From: Patescibacteria group bacterium
GTDB lineage: Bacteria; Patescibacteriota; Microgenomatia; UBA10105; UBA927
DNA length: 64,000 bases
Direction: 5' to 3'
Assembly: GCA_049322955.1 (NCBI GenBank)
Contig: JBMOPU010000012.1
Coordinates: 788,791 to 852,790, forward strand
The notes under the pieces were generated by a model. The model saw nothing but the letters and a program-made list of their open reading frames with translations. It did no database searches and was not told the DNA's origin. Positions 38,790 to 48,482 of this stretch are shown piece after piece. Position numbers and translations under genes: made by a program. The stretch's first letter is position 1; every line of letters starts with the position of its first letter.

Positions 38790-39767
38790 TTACTTACTCC
38801 AATTTCCAAGACCTGATCGAATCTGACTTCTGTAACTCATTGTATTAAATTCATTACAGGGGTCTCTACTTACTTCTTGGATAACCGCGAAATCGCCCCA
38901 TATTGCAGGTCCAATTTCTCTACCACCTTCTGATTCATACCACATACCTTCTCCATAAGGAGTTGAGACTAACGAATCATGATGGGAACCTGTAGATACA
39001 GCAACGATTTTTACAAAATCACTCACTGAACACATTTCAAATTTTTTTGTTGCTCGACCGCTCGTGCTACTCCATGTTCCAGAGTCACCATACACGACAT
39101 CAGACCAAGTACCATTCATTGTTCCGTCCACTGCAACTGTTCCAATAAAAGTAGCAACATAGCCTAACATTGGAGCATCATACGTCAAAGTAAAAGCCAC
39201 ATTACTTCCAGTAATACTACCCGCAACAGTCCATGTATAACCTGCAGGAACATTACTACCAGTTCCTGTAATGTTTCCATTTACATCTTGGGTAATGGTC
39301 ATCGTTTTTGCGTATGTCCCTGGATACTTTGTACTGACTACATCAAAGTCCCATACACCCGACAAATTCAAGCTATACTTTGTTGTACTTGGATATGTTC
39401 CTGTAATATGGTTAGTCAACCACGCTCCTGAACCTTGAACTGGATTGGGCCTATCTAACTTGAAATCGGTGTCACAACTTTTGTTACTTAACCAAGCATC
39501 GTTCCACTTCATCATCAAGTTAAGACTGCCTTCTGTAACTGGCATAGTTGGTCTACTAAAATTTTCATATAGACCATTGAACATATGGGCTTGATAGTTA
39601 TATCCCCATTGATCGTATCCGAGTCCAATTATTTGACCTATCGCATCAGTCAACATACCTCCTTGAATTGTCTTGCACACATCTACCGCTGGCTTTGCGG
39701 ATTCAACGGGAGAAGCGACAAGAACAAATACTATACCAATTAAAACAAACATCAATAGTTTTTTCAT
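38790..39767 (-). CDS. Secreted hypothetical protein with an internal small beta-barrel domain
   Basis: AGGAGGT SD 7 nt before ATG 39767, signal peptide, GYDQWGYNYQAHMFNG, Gly/Thr/Trp-rich strand region; AT-rich codon usage. Confidence 0.8.
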   Translation of the reverse strand: MKKLLMFVLIGIVFVLVASPVESAKPAVDVCKTIQGGMLTDAIGQIIGLGYDQWGYNYQAHMFNGLYENFSRPTMPVTEGSLNLMMKWNDAWLSNKSCDTDFKLDRPNPVQGSGAWLTNHITGTYPSTTKYSLNLSGVWDFDVVSTKYPGTYAKTMTITQDVNGNITGTGSNVPAGYTWTVAGSITGSNVAFTLTYDAPMLGYVATFIGTVAVDGTMNGTWSDVVYGDSGTWSSTSGRATKKFEMCSVSDFVKIVAVSTGSHHDSLVSTPYGEGMWYESEGGREIGPAIWGDFAVIQEVSRDPCNEFNTMSYRSQIRSGLGNWSK

Positions 39768-39799
39768 CTTGTTCACCTCCTTTCATTATCAATTTGCAC

Positions 39800-39823
39800 A
39801 AAAAACCCGCCTCCGCGGCGGGT
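39800..39823 (-). terminator. Intrinsic terminator in the 5' leader of the secreted-protein gene
   Basis: ACCCGCC-gcgga-GGCGGGT followed by TTTTT on the minus strand. Confidence 0.75.
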
Positions 39824-39824
39824 G

Positions 39825-39866
39825 TCACGAAACAACACTACGTACTTTTTCTACGTAACTTTTCAT
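39825..39866 (-). other. Candidate leader peptide MKSYVEKVRSVVS
   Basis: 14-codon uORF whose TGA lies 1 nt before the terminator stem. Confidence 0.4.
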
Positions 39867-39894
39867 GTCTTTTGTATCGTATCACATCTTATAG

Positions 39895-40243
39895 TCATAG
39901 TATGTAAAGCACCATACAACCGACCTGGCGGATATGGAATAAAAGATTGCTATGTAGGGGACGGGTATATCTTCTCCACCGATATTCGATATGCACGATC
40001 TGACCGAGGATCAACCGTATCAAACCCAAGCTCAGCCTCATTGCTCAAGATCCATTGTTTGATCAGAGCTCCTCCTATGAATTTGATTGCGTTATGCAAA
40101 GTAATTGTTCAAATACATGTTCAGACAAAATAAACTCATGGGATAAACAGTATTGCTATAATCAATGCGTTGAACCGTCAAAGCTGAATGTCAATCTAAA
40201 ACCTTATCAAAAACTAAATCTGACTATTTCTATAAACTGGTAA
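39895..40243 (+). pseudogene. Gene remnant (3' part of a Cys-rich exported protein) split across two frames
   Basis: No convincing start; protein-like text continues in another frame (...DCVMQSNCSNTCSDK...LNLTISINW). Confidence 0.35.
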
Positions 40244-40277
40244 ATAAATATTGTTATGAACTATACTAATTATTAGT

Positions 40278-40492
40278 ATGACACCAATACTTATAGGGTT
40301 TATTATATTTACATTAATTATAGTCATAATAACTTTAATTCTAGAAAAACACCTACAGATCCTAATGGCAAAACTAGAATGGTAGTAGAGGGCTCTGATG
40401 GAAAGAGCAAAACTTACGAAATGTCTAATAAGGATGCCGATAATTTCACCGAGGCGATCTTTAAGGAAAGGTTTTTTGGTACGAAGAAGTGA
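40278..40492 (+). pseudogene. Small single-TM protein with an apparent 1-nt deletion at an A run (40345-40349)
   Basis: MTPILIGFIIFTLIIVIITLILE, then an open second frame KTPTDPNGKTRMVVEGSDGK...FFGTKK. Confidence 0.5.
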
Positions 40493-40677
40493 TTATGTTC
40501 TCTAAAAGGCAATTAAATTACACAAACGCTTCATTTGTCCCAAGCCGCTCCTTAGTCCTCGCGAAACCTCATTAATTTGCAGTCACCCTCCCCATGGCAT
40601 ACGTAACCAGGCTCAATTATATCCTATAGTTTGCAACTCTTTAACTTTTCTTCTATAATTGCCGCCGACGTAACCCT

Positions 40678-41451
40678 ATGGCAGAAAAAAGAAAACCCAC
40701 CATCTCGCCAGAGCAGATGCCTCGCTTCTCACACCCTCGCTGGCTTGCGGGTTTTCTCGAAGTCGGCGGCAGTATGAAGCTCACTATCGTGCGTAATCAT
40801 CAGAATGGGCATGAGACTCCCCAGGCACGACCCGAAATCGCTTACGGCGACGATGATCTGGATCGGATAACCAGACTTCGTGAGCTATGGGGAAGCACCG
40901 ACAAAGTTCGAACGGCGCGCTCCACAAGTTATGCGATTGTCCGAGGTGACCGTGCGGTATATATGGCCAACTCGATAGCTCCTGACGCCCTATCGAGACG
41001 CACTATCATCACCGCATTTCTTGATTGGCTACGTGCCGATTTTACCGAAGACCGTGTGGCGATAGCAGAGGGTGTCGTTGGGAGACGAACAGTTGATCCC
41101 GTACAACCGAAAGAATACCGCGGACTTGTACAAGACCCGGAGTTTGTCGCCGGAGTTATCGACTGTCGGGCTCGCGTGGCACCGGGCGAACAACCGGACA
41201 GAAAAAGAATTTCGTATTGGATATCGCACGTGGTCAAAGTGAATTCCGTAAACGGACCGCTCCTTGAGGCATTGCAATCGCAACATGGCGGACAATTTGT
41301 TCAAATCGGAAAAATGGGAGAAACCGTCCCTATGCGCGGCAAACAAGTTACCCTGAAAAACGATGCATTTGAGTGGATACTCGGTGCGGCAAACGCAAAG
41401 AACTTGATTACCTGGGCAAATCCAAGGCTTCCAATATCAAACGAAAAGTGA
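40678..41451 (+). CDS. Free-standing double-motif LAGLIDADG-like protein lacking catalytic acids
   Basis: WLAGFLEVGGS and FVAGVIDCRAR about 135 aa apart, each followed by strands and L..L....G helices. Confidence 0.72.
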   Translation: MAEKRKPTISPEQMPRFSHPRWLAGFLEVGGSMKLTIVRNHQNGHETPQARPEIAYGDDDLDRITRLRELWGSTDKVRTARSTSYAIVRGDRAVYMANSIAPDALSRRTIITAFLDWLRADFTEDRVAIAEGVVGRRTVDPVQPKEYRGLVQDPEFVAGVIDCRARVAPGEQPDRKRISYWISHVVKVNSVNGPLLEALQSQHGGQFVQIGKMGETVPMRGKQVTLKNDAFEWILGAANAKNLITWANPRLPISNEK

Positions 41452-41459
41452 GTTTATCG

Positions 41460-42641
41460 TTAACTCCTCTGTCGTAGGAATGCGGGGATGTCGAATTCGT
41501 CCTCTTCGGGAGGCGCGTCATCAGTTTGCGGGGCAAAACTCACGGGCGGCTGTTGCTTCATGGGTTGCTCCATAGGAGTGACGGGTTGCACGGGCGGCTT
41601 ACCGAAGGTCGGAGATTGTCTGCTAAAACTTCCGCCGTATCGCGGATCCATGGCGGGCTTACTGCTTAATTCACGCAGTCGCTTCTTGGTTTCATCAAAC
41701 CCTGTCGCCACCACCGTAATCTTGATCTGATCCACCAGTTTTTCATCGATGATGGCGCCGAAAATGATGTTGGCATCGGGATCCACCGCAGATGAAATAA
41801 GCTTTGCCGCCTCATCCACTTCGGCCATCGTGAGATCGTTGCCGCCGATGATGTTAAATAACACTCCCTTGGCTCCTTCGATGGTCGTTTCAAGAAGCGG
41901 CGAGGCAATCGCGGTACGTGCCGCGGTTGCCGCACGGTTTTCACCTACTCCCGTGCCGATTCCCATAAGGGCGCTTCCCGCATTGGTCATGATGGCGCGG
42001 ACATCCGCAAAGTCCACGTTGATAAGTCCCGGCATGGTGATCAGGTCAGAAATGCCCTGCACACCCTGACCCAACACGGAATCCGTGACGCGGAATGCTT
42101 CGACCAATGTCATTTTCTTGTCGATCACTTCAAGGAGCCGTTGGTTCGGGATGACGATAAGCGTATCCACTTTGTCCTTAAGATTTGCGATCCCCTCTTC
42201 CGCAGACACCATGCGTCGGGTGCCTTCGAAGTGAAAGGGCTTGGTGACAACGGCAACGGTCAGTGCGCCGACTTCTTTGGCAATTTCTGCAAACACGGGA
42301 GTGGCTCCCGTCCCCGTGCCGCCGCCTTCACCGCAGGTCAAAAAAACCATGTCGCTGTCGCGAAGATGCTCGGCAATCTTTTCCCGTGATTCCTCCGCCG
42401 CCTGTCGGCCGATATCGGGATTTCCCCCGGCACCCAATCCGCGGGTCAGGTTATCACCGATTTGGATTTTGCTTTGCGCTTGGGAAAGAAGCAATGCCTG
42501 CGCGTCGGTATTGACGGAAATAAAATCCACGCCGTTAATCTGATTGTTGAGGATCATGGAGTTGACGGCATTACTTCCGCCGCCGCCGATGCCGACGACT
42601 TTAATTTTGGCAAACCTTGCGATATCCGGTTTTATAAGCAT
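41460..42641 (-). CDS. ftsZ: Cell division protein FtsZ
   Basis: [32 protein letters not shown]. Confidence 0.98.
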   Translation of the reverse strand: MLIKPDIARFAKIKVVGIGGGGSNAVNSMILNNQINGVDFISVNTDAQALLLSQAQSKIQIGDNLTRGLGAGGNPDIGRQAAEESREKIAEHLRDSDMVFLTCGEGGGTGTGATPVFAEIAKEVGALTVAVVTKPFHFEGTRRMVSAEEGIANLKDKVDTLIVIPNQRLLEVIDKKMTLVEAFRVTDSVLGQGVQGISDLITMPGLINVDFADVRAIMTNAGSALMGIGTGVGENRAATAARTAIASPLLETTIEGAKGVLFNIIGGNDLTMAEVDEAAKLISSAVDPDANIIFGAIIDEKLVDQIKITVVATGFDETKKRLRELSSKPAMDPRYGGSFSRQSPTFGKPPVQPVTPMEQPMKQQPPVSFAPQTDDAPPEEDEFDIPAFLRQRS

Positions 42642-42703
42642 AGGTATATAAATACTATGATAGTAGATTATTCCGTCAGGGGCAGTCTCACGGGGTTAAC
42701 AAT

Positions 42704-44002
42704 TTAGGGCAAGAACGACTTTACCAGATCAATGACCTTTCCAGCAAGTCCCTTTACTTGTATGGCACTTCCGATTTTTCCGAAACCGGAAAGCAATGAT
42801 CCTGATGACTCGGATTTACCCGTCGAGTTCCCCCACAACAGCAGTCCGACTCCCGCGGCATAGGAAGGAGTCATGATTTCGTCGATAAGTCCCGTTATTT
42901 TTTGCGGAATACCGATGTGCACGGGCATCGCAAGGTTTCTTCGGGCCGCTTCGACGGCGCCGACGGTCAGCGCACCTCCGCCCGTGATCACGACACCCGA
43001 AGGCGTCATCCCGCCGAATCCGCTACGCTTTATTTCAAGTCCTACCATCGTGAATATTTCGTTGAGCCTCGGCTTGATAATACCTTCGATCAACGTTTTC
43101 TTCGAAATCGATCGCATGCCCTCGGGAAGCCCCAAATCGGAAACGTCAATCTCATCATCTTTTTCAGTCTTGCTTTTCGGTTTCTCGTCTTCACTCAGGA
43201 CGGGTGTTTTGGGCAATTCACCCAAGCGAAGCTTGATCTTCTCGGCACTTTCAAGTGACACCCGAAGTCCCGCGGCAAGATCCTTGGTGATGTTTATCGC
43301 ACCGACAGGAATAACCGATGAATACGAAAGCGCGCCTTCCACGAAAATCGCCACATCCGTGGTTCCTCCGCCGATATCGACTAACACAACTCCCAATTCT
43401 TTTTCCGTATCGGAAAGCGTTGCGGCCGCGGCGGCAAGACCGCCGAACGCAATGCCCGCAACTTCCACACCTAACTCAGACACGCATTTATGCAGATTAC
43501 GGATTGCGGTTGCTCCTCCCGTAACAAGATGGGTTTCCACTTCGAGCCGCACTCCTCCCATCCCGATGGGATCAACTATCCCCTCCTGACCGTCCACGAT
43601 ATACCCGCGGGGAAGGACATGGAGAATCTCTCGAGACGTCGGCAACTGTACCGCTTTGGCGGCATCAATGACGCGCTTTACGTCAAAGGCGGTGATTTCT
43701 TTTTCCGGCTCGGCAACGGCAACCACGCCGTGCGAATTGAGCGATGCCACATGCGCTCCTCCGATACTCACAAACGCCTGGGCGACGGATGCTCCCGCCA
43801 TACGTTCGGCGGCTTCCAAAGAGGCGGAAATCGCCTCTGTCGCTTCTTCGATGTTGACTACCTGGCTTTTTCGGAGTCCCCGACTGGGTGACACCGACAC
43901 GCCGATAATGCGGGCTTCTCCTTCATCGGTGATTGCGGCGATAAGCGTGACTATTTTTGAGGAACCGATGTCTATTGCAGAGAGGATGCGATCGCGTGCC
44001 AT
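42704..44002 (-). CDS. ftsA: Cell division protein FtsA
   Basis: AIDIGSSKI, VDIGGGTTD, VITGGGA; start MARDRIL. Confidence 0.96.
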   Translation of the reverse strand: MARDRILSAIDIGSSKIVTLIAAITDEGEARIIGVSVSPSRGLRKSQVVNIEEATEAISASLEAAERMAGASVAQAFVSIGGAHVASLNSHGVVAVAEPEKEITAFDVKRVIDAAKAVQLPTSREILHVLPRGYIVDGQEGIVDPIGMGGVRLEVETHLVTGGATAIRNLHKCVSELGVEVAGIAFGGLAAAAATLSDTEKELGVVLVDIGGGTTDVAIFVEGALSYSSVIPVGAINITKDLAAGLRVSLESAEKIKLRLGELPKTPVLSEDEKPKSKTEKDDEIDVSDLGLPEGMRSISKKTLIEGIIKPRLNEIFTMVGLEIKRSGFGGMTPSGVVITGGGALTVGAVEAARRNLAMPVHIGIPQKITGLIDEIMTPSYAAGVGLLLWGNSTGKSESSGSLLSGFGKIGSAIQVKGLAGKVIDLVKSFLP

Positions 44003-44018
44003 AAAAGTGGTATGAAAA

Positions 44019-44723
44019 CTAGTAATTGGTGATGACCGGTTTTTCAAACCGCAAATCTATCACCGTGGGCAGTGTTCCTTTCATTCTAAACCCCTCTACA
44101 ATTATTTGTAAAGTATCTGCTTTCGCGCTTAAGTCGCCTGTTTGAGGAAGAAATATGTTTGTATTGCCGAGTTTGGCAAATAATGACTGCGTATCCCGTG
44201 GAGCGATAACCGAAATACCGGCATTTCCCTTCATCTGCCGCAGAAACGACAGCGCCGATTCCACCCGATCATCCGTGACTCTTCCCCCGGTCGAGAGAAT
44301 GCCCACATCAAACACAAGCAAAGGATGCGTATCTTTCCTTCCTACCGAACCCAAAATCAGTCCGTACTCATCCAGTTCATAAATATTTCCGGCGGATTCG
44401 ATCAGCACGAAAGTGGGTCGTTTCATAAGATGCACCACGAGCGTTCCCGGAAATTTCCGTTCAAACGATACGTCTTTGAGCAGGGGGTACGAGGAAAGCA
44501 ATTCTTTACGGAATGTGGAAACGGGCAGAAACAGCAGATTCTTGCCGAACTTTTCCCGATCCAGTTCTATCGTCATTCCGGGCGCATCCACGATAATATC
44601 GCGGATGGTGAATGCCCGAACAAGAAACATGGCAAGGATAAATGTCCCGATCAACAGCGCCGCCACTCCGCCGATGAAGCGTACCGTTCTTTTTAGGGTG
44701 TACGTCGTGAGCCGGGATGCCAT
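44019..44723 (-). CDS. ftsQ: FtsQ/DivIB-like protein
   Basis: TM plus POTRA (NLLFL...RKFPGTLVV), C-terminal IDLRFEKPVI; lies between murG and ftsA. Confidence 0.8.
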   Translation of the reverse strand: MASRLTTYTLKRTVRFIGGVAALLIGTFILAMFLVRAFTIRDIIVDAPGMTIELDREKFGKNLLFLPVSTFRKELLSSYPLLKDVSFERKFPGTLVVHLMKRPTFVLIESAGNIYELDEYGLILGSVGRKDTHPLLVFDVGILSTGGRVTDDRVESALSFLRQMKGNAGISVIAPRDTQSLFAKLGNTNIFLPQTGDLSAKADTLQIIVEGFRMKGTLPTVIDLRFEKPVITNY

Positions 44724-44732
44724 GGTCTTTAG

Positions 44733-45857
44733 TTATCGTCGGGGCGTCAATACTTCTGAAACCGTTTTCATGAGTCGTATCGCCCCGTCGTGCGGTGCCG
44801 TGGCGGCAAGCGCTTTCGCTTGTTCCTTGCGCTGTGTCATGGTTGCCGTGATTGCATCGATTGCGGCAATTAAGGACGCCGCGGTAAGCTGTCGCTGTTC
44901 AAGAATTATTGATCCTGCTTTTTCGAGTACTTTTGCATTATGGAATTGCTCGTTACCGGCAGACCACGGCAGAGGTATCAGTACGGCAACGGCGCCGACC
45001 AGCGCCAATTCCGACACCGTATTTGCGCCGGATCTTCCGACGATAAGCGCACTATGGTGCAATGCCCAACTGTATTCTTCGGCGGTGAAAAATGCCTTGT
45101 GGATATATCGCTTTCGGAGACTTTGCGGCAGTGCTCTTGCCGCTTTGTCCCCCGCTTCCACGGAAAGCCTCCCCACCTGATGCAAGACCGTGTAACGGCT
45201 AAGGAGTTTTTCGAGGGCCGCGAAAACGGCGGTATTGATACTTACCGAACCCGTGCTTCCGCCCACGACAAATAACACGGGGGTATCCGAATCAACGGCA
45301 AAAGGTGATGCTTTGGGGGGCGTGAGTACCGCACTCCGTATGGGCAGTCCGGTCACTTCCACGCGGCTTGTTTTCGGGAGCATGGCCGTCGTATCCGCAA
45401 AACTCACACATACGCGTGTTGCGATACGGGCGATAATACGGTTGGCTAATCCCGGACGAGTGGTTTGTTCGTGCGTGATAACGGGAATACCCAAAAGTTT
45501 CGCACACAAAGCAACGGGAAGCGCCACATACCCGCCGAAAGACAATATGCCGTCCGGACGCTTCCGAAGAAGCATGATAAACGCCTGCGCAAAACCGACG
45601 GGAACCTTGAACAGGGAAAAAAACGTTCCTATCCCCAAATCTCGCTTCAATCTGCCCGCGGTAATCGGCACAAACGACACCCCGAGATCGTGAATAAGGC
45701 GGTATTCCTCCGAAAGGACTTTCGTTCCTTCCAACGAATACTTTCTCCCGACAAATATAAGCCGCCAATTCGGATGCGATTGTCGTATCGCCTCTATGGT
45801 AGCGATTGCGGGAGTCACATGACCGCCGGTAATGACGAGCGTTATCGGATGGTTCAT
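44733..45857 (-). CDS. murG: MurG GlcNAc transferase
   Basis: TGGHVTPA, FGGYV, HEQ, GGSTGS, RSGANT, EQFHNA. Confidence 0.95.
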   Translation of the reverse strand: MNHPITLVITGGHVTPAIATIEAIRQSHPNWRLIFVGRKYSLEGTKVLSEEYRLIHDLGVSFVPITAGRLKRDLGIGTFFSLFKVPVGFAQAFIMLLRKRPDGILSFGGYVALPVALCAKLLGIPVITHEQTTRPGLANRIIARIATRVCVSFADTTAMLPKTSRVEVTGLPIRSAVLTPPKASPFAVDSDTPVLFVVGGSTGSVSINTAVFAALEKLLSRYTVLHQVGRLSVEAGDKAARALPQSLRKRYIHKAFFTAEEYSWALHHSALIVGRSGANTVSELALVGAVAVLIPLPWSAGNEQFHNAKVLEKAGSIILEQRQLTAASLIAAIDAITATMTQRKEQAKALAATAPHDGAIRLMKTVSEVLTPRR

Positions 45858-46996
45858 AACTTGTTTCCTGACTTACTTATATTATAGACAATACCAAGCG
45901 CCGCCAAGGTTACGATCAGCCCCGATCCCCCGTAGGAAATAAGCGGCAACGGCACACCGGTAAGCGGAAGTAACGCTACCATCGAACCCGTGTTGACGAG
46001 CGCCTGTGCACCGATCCACGAACCCACTCCCAACGTAAATAATTTACCGAACGGATCGTTCACCCGTTTGGCGATTTTAAAGCATCGCCAGACAAGAAAT
46101 ACGAACAGTGCAATGACAATAACCGCCCCGAAAAATCCCACTTCTTCTCCGAGGATGGCAAAAATGGAATCGGTGTTTGCCTCGGGCAAGTATTCGTATT
46201 TCTGCCGTGACTTCCCTAAACCCACCCCGAAAAATCCCCCCGATCCCAACGCGATAAGCGCCTGACGGATTTGATATGACGCCCCCAACGGATCCGATTC
46301 GGGATTGAGGAACGTCGTGACCCGGCGGAGTCTATACGGCTGTACGACGGCAAGTCCAGCAATCCCGACAATAAGCACGGGAATAAGCCCGATAAAATGC
46401 CCTACGGGAGCACCGGAAAGAAAGTAGAGTGCCATGGAGGTAACAATAATCGTTATCGCGGTTCCCAAATCCGGCTCGATAATGACGAGACCCGATACCA
46501 TGCCGAGCAACAGAAGGAATGCCAATAATCTCCCGTGCTCTTTGGTGGCAAACCATGCCGAAAGATATAGCACCATGGCCAGCTTCGCAAATTCCGCGGG
46601 CTGAAGGACAAAGAATCCGAAATCAATCCACCGATGCGCACCAAGCGCGCGTACTCCGAGGCCAGGGATAAATACGGCAATGAGCAGGATGAGCGTTACG
46701 ACGATTCCCGGAACCGCAAACCGTTTCCAAATACCGTACGGAATACGAGAAAGAATCGTAAATCCCGTAAATCCCAACAGCAACCATTTCACCTGATCGC
46801 GGACAAAATGATACGGATTGGAAAAATCCCGAAACGCGATGGCCACCGAAGAATCGTACACCATGATGATGCCGATGATGGATAACACGACCGTCGTAAG
46901 GAGGAGCCACCGGTCCCCCCGGCCTTCCGAATTTTTTATATGTCGTACCGCACTCTGCCTATCTGCTTTGTGCGCAAGTGATGCAAAAATCTTCAT
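45854..46996 (-). CDS. ftsW: FtsW SEDS polymerase
   Basis: QPAEFAK, EPDLGT, GLGKSRQKYEYLPEANTDSIF, PLISYGGS. Confidence 0.95.
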   Translation of the reverse strand: MKIFASLAHKADRQSAVRHIKNSEGRGDRWLLLTTVVLSIIGIIMVYDSSVAIAFRDFSNPYHFVRDQVKWLLLGFTGFTILSRIPYGIWKRFAVPGIVVTLILLIAVFIPGLGVRALGAHRWIDFGFFVLQPAEFAKLAMVLYLSAWFATKEHGRLLAFLLLLGMVSGLVIIEPDLGTAITIIVTSMALYFLSGAPVGHFIGLIPVLIVGIAGLAVVQPYRLRRVTTFLNPESDPLGASYQIRQALIALGSGGFFGVGLGKSRQKYEYLPEANTDSIFAILGEEVGFFGAVIVIALFVFLVWRCFKIAKRVNDPFGKLFTLGVGSWIGAQALVNTGSMVALLPLTGVPLPLISYGGSGLIVTLAALGIVYNISKSGNKL

Positions 46997-47008
46997 GGTG
47001 CCGGGATC

Positions 47009-48043
47009 TTAACTCAGAAGCGCAAGCCACAAACCAAAGAGTGCCAAGACAATAGCAAGTATCCAAAACCGCATGACGATTTTTGACTCAGGCCAACCTT
47101 TCACCTGCAACCACAAGTGCAAGGGGGCGGCGGCAAAAAGCTTTTTGCCCGTGATTGATTTTGCCACAAGTTGGACGAGTGAAGATGCGACCTCAAGAAC
47201 GAATATTCCTCCGATGACGACCAGTGCCGGGGTTTTTCCGAGGATCAGTCCGACCACGGCAAAGGTGGCACCGAAGGAAAGCGAACCGACATCCCCCATG
47301 AATATACGGGAGGGCAAGACGTTAAAGTACAAAAACGCCAACATTCCGCCGATCCATAACGCCAAAAACAGGGAAAGCACGGTGTCCAAGATAGCCGCCG
47401 ATAAAAACCAAAATGCAAAAAGCGCAATCACCAGTACTCCCGCGGACAGTCCGTCCAGTCCGTCGGTAATATTAAACGCATTGGCGAATGCGATAATCAC
47501 AAACACCGCAAACGGTATGTACCACCATCCGAGGTGAAACACCCCCAGAAGCGGCAGATGGACGATGCCGATCTTCAAATCGTGTACCAACCAAAATCCG
47601 ATGATACCCGCAAGCAATATTTCAAGGTATAGCTTATGCCGGAGCCTCAGACCGAAAAATCCGTTCTTTACCCAGCCGAATGTTTTTTTCGTATCATCCA
47701 AAAGACCCAACAACCCGAACGAGATAAAGGTGAATAACAGAATCTTTACCTCACTTGCCAACGGATACACCGACGTAATCGGTATCCAGAAATAGTACAT
47801 GAGGACCAGCAACACCGGCAAAAGCAGGGTCGTGAGCGCGATAATCAGAAGTCCTCCTCCCACGGGAGTACCTGCCTTGTGATGGTGGAATTTGTCAAAA
47901 AGCGGGGTTCGTTTATTGAACATGTCGCGGGTGACCTGATCGAGTCTGCGAAGCTTCAAATGATACAGAAGTTTGATAAACGGGATGAACAATACACTGT
48001 GGATAAGCCACGAAAATAAGACGACGCCGAGAAGTAATTGCAT
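47009..48043 (-). CDS. mraY: Phospho-MurNAc-pentapeptide transferase
   Basis: KAGTPVGGG, GLLDD, NITDGLDGL, FMGDVGS, APLH. Confidence 0.96.
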   Translation of the reverse strand: MQLLLGVVLFSWLIHSVLFIPFIKLLYHLKLRRLDQVTRDMFNKRTPLFDKFHHHKAGTPVGGGLLIIALTTLLLPVLLVLMYYFWIPITSVYPLASEVKILLFTFISFGLLGLLDDTKKTFGWVKNGFFGLRLRHKLYLEILLAGIIGFWLVHDLKIGIVHLPLLGVFHLGWWYIPFAVFVIIAFANAFNITDGLDGLSAGVLVIALFAFWFLSAAILDTVLSLFLALWIGGMLAFLYFNVLPSRIFMGDVGSLSFGATFAVVGLILGKTPALVVIGGIFVLEVASSLVQLVAKSITGKKLFAAAPLHLWLQVKGWPESKIVMRFWILAIVLALFGLWLALLS

Positions 48044-48046
48044 AGG

Positions 48047-48421
48047 TTAATACCCGAAACGGGCAACTAATTTGGGTCCCAATATCAGTACCGCCACCAG
48101 TACCGCACCGAATGCTACGGTCAACATCATACCTGCGGCGACATCTTTGGCGATTTTGGCCTCTTTGCGCCACTCGGTGGTAATAAGGTCGGTCATTGAT
48201 TCAAGTGCGGTATTGATCATCTCTGCGGAAAGTCCCAATACGATGGTAAATGCGATGATCGCTCCTTCGACGGGGCTCACCCCAAGATAGGTGCACAGAA
48301 AAAGCGCGAGAATTGAAAGCGCGATATGTACGCGAAAATTCGGCTGGGTGGTGATTGCCCACCAAAGGCCGGAAAATGCGTTTTTAAATGAGATATGGTG
48401 TTGCATCAATATCTTTTTCAT
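48047..48421 (-). CDS. dgkA: DgkA-family kinase (probable undecaprenol kinase)
   Basis: SFKNAFSG, QPNFRVH, EMINTALE, AKDVAAG. Confidence 0.88.
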   Translation of the reverse strand: MKKILMQHHISFKNAFSGLWWAITTQPNFRVHIALSILALFLCTYLGVSPVEGAIIAFTIVLGLSAEMINTALESMTDLITTEWRKEAKIAKDVAAGMMLTVAFGAVLVAVLILGPKLVARFGY

Positions 48422-48482
48422 ATCCCTATGCTCCTAAGTATAGGTGGTTGCCCGGTAAAACTCAACGAAACGGCATAGCCGC

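Noticed and set aside
40493-41459. Group I intron or intein hosting the LAGLIDADG ORF
   Set aside because: No interrupted host gene, no intein terminal residues, no recognisable intron core; ftsZ is intact
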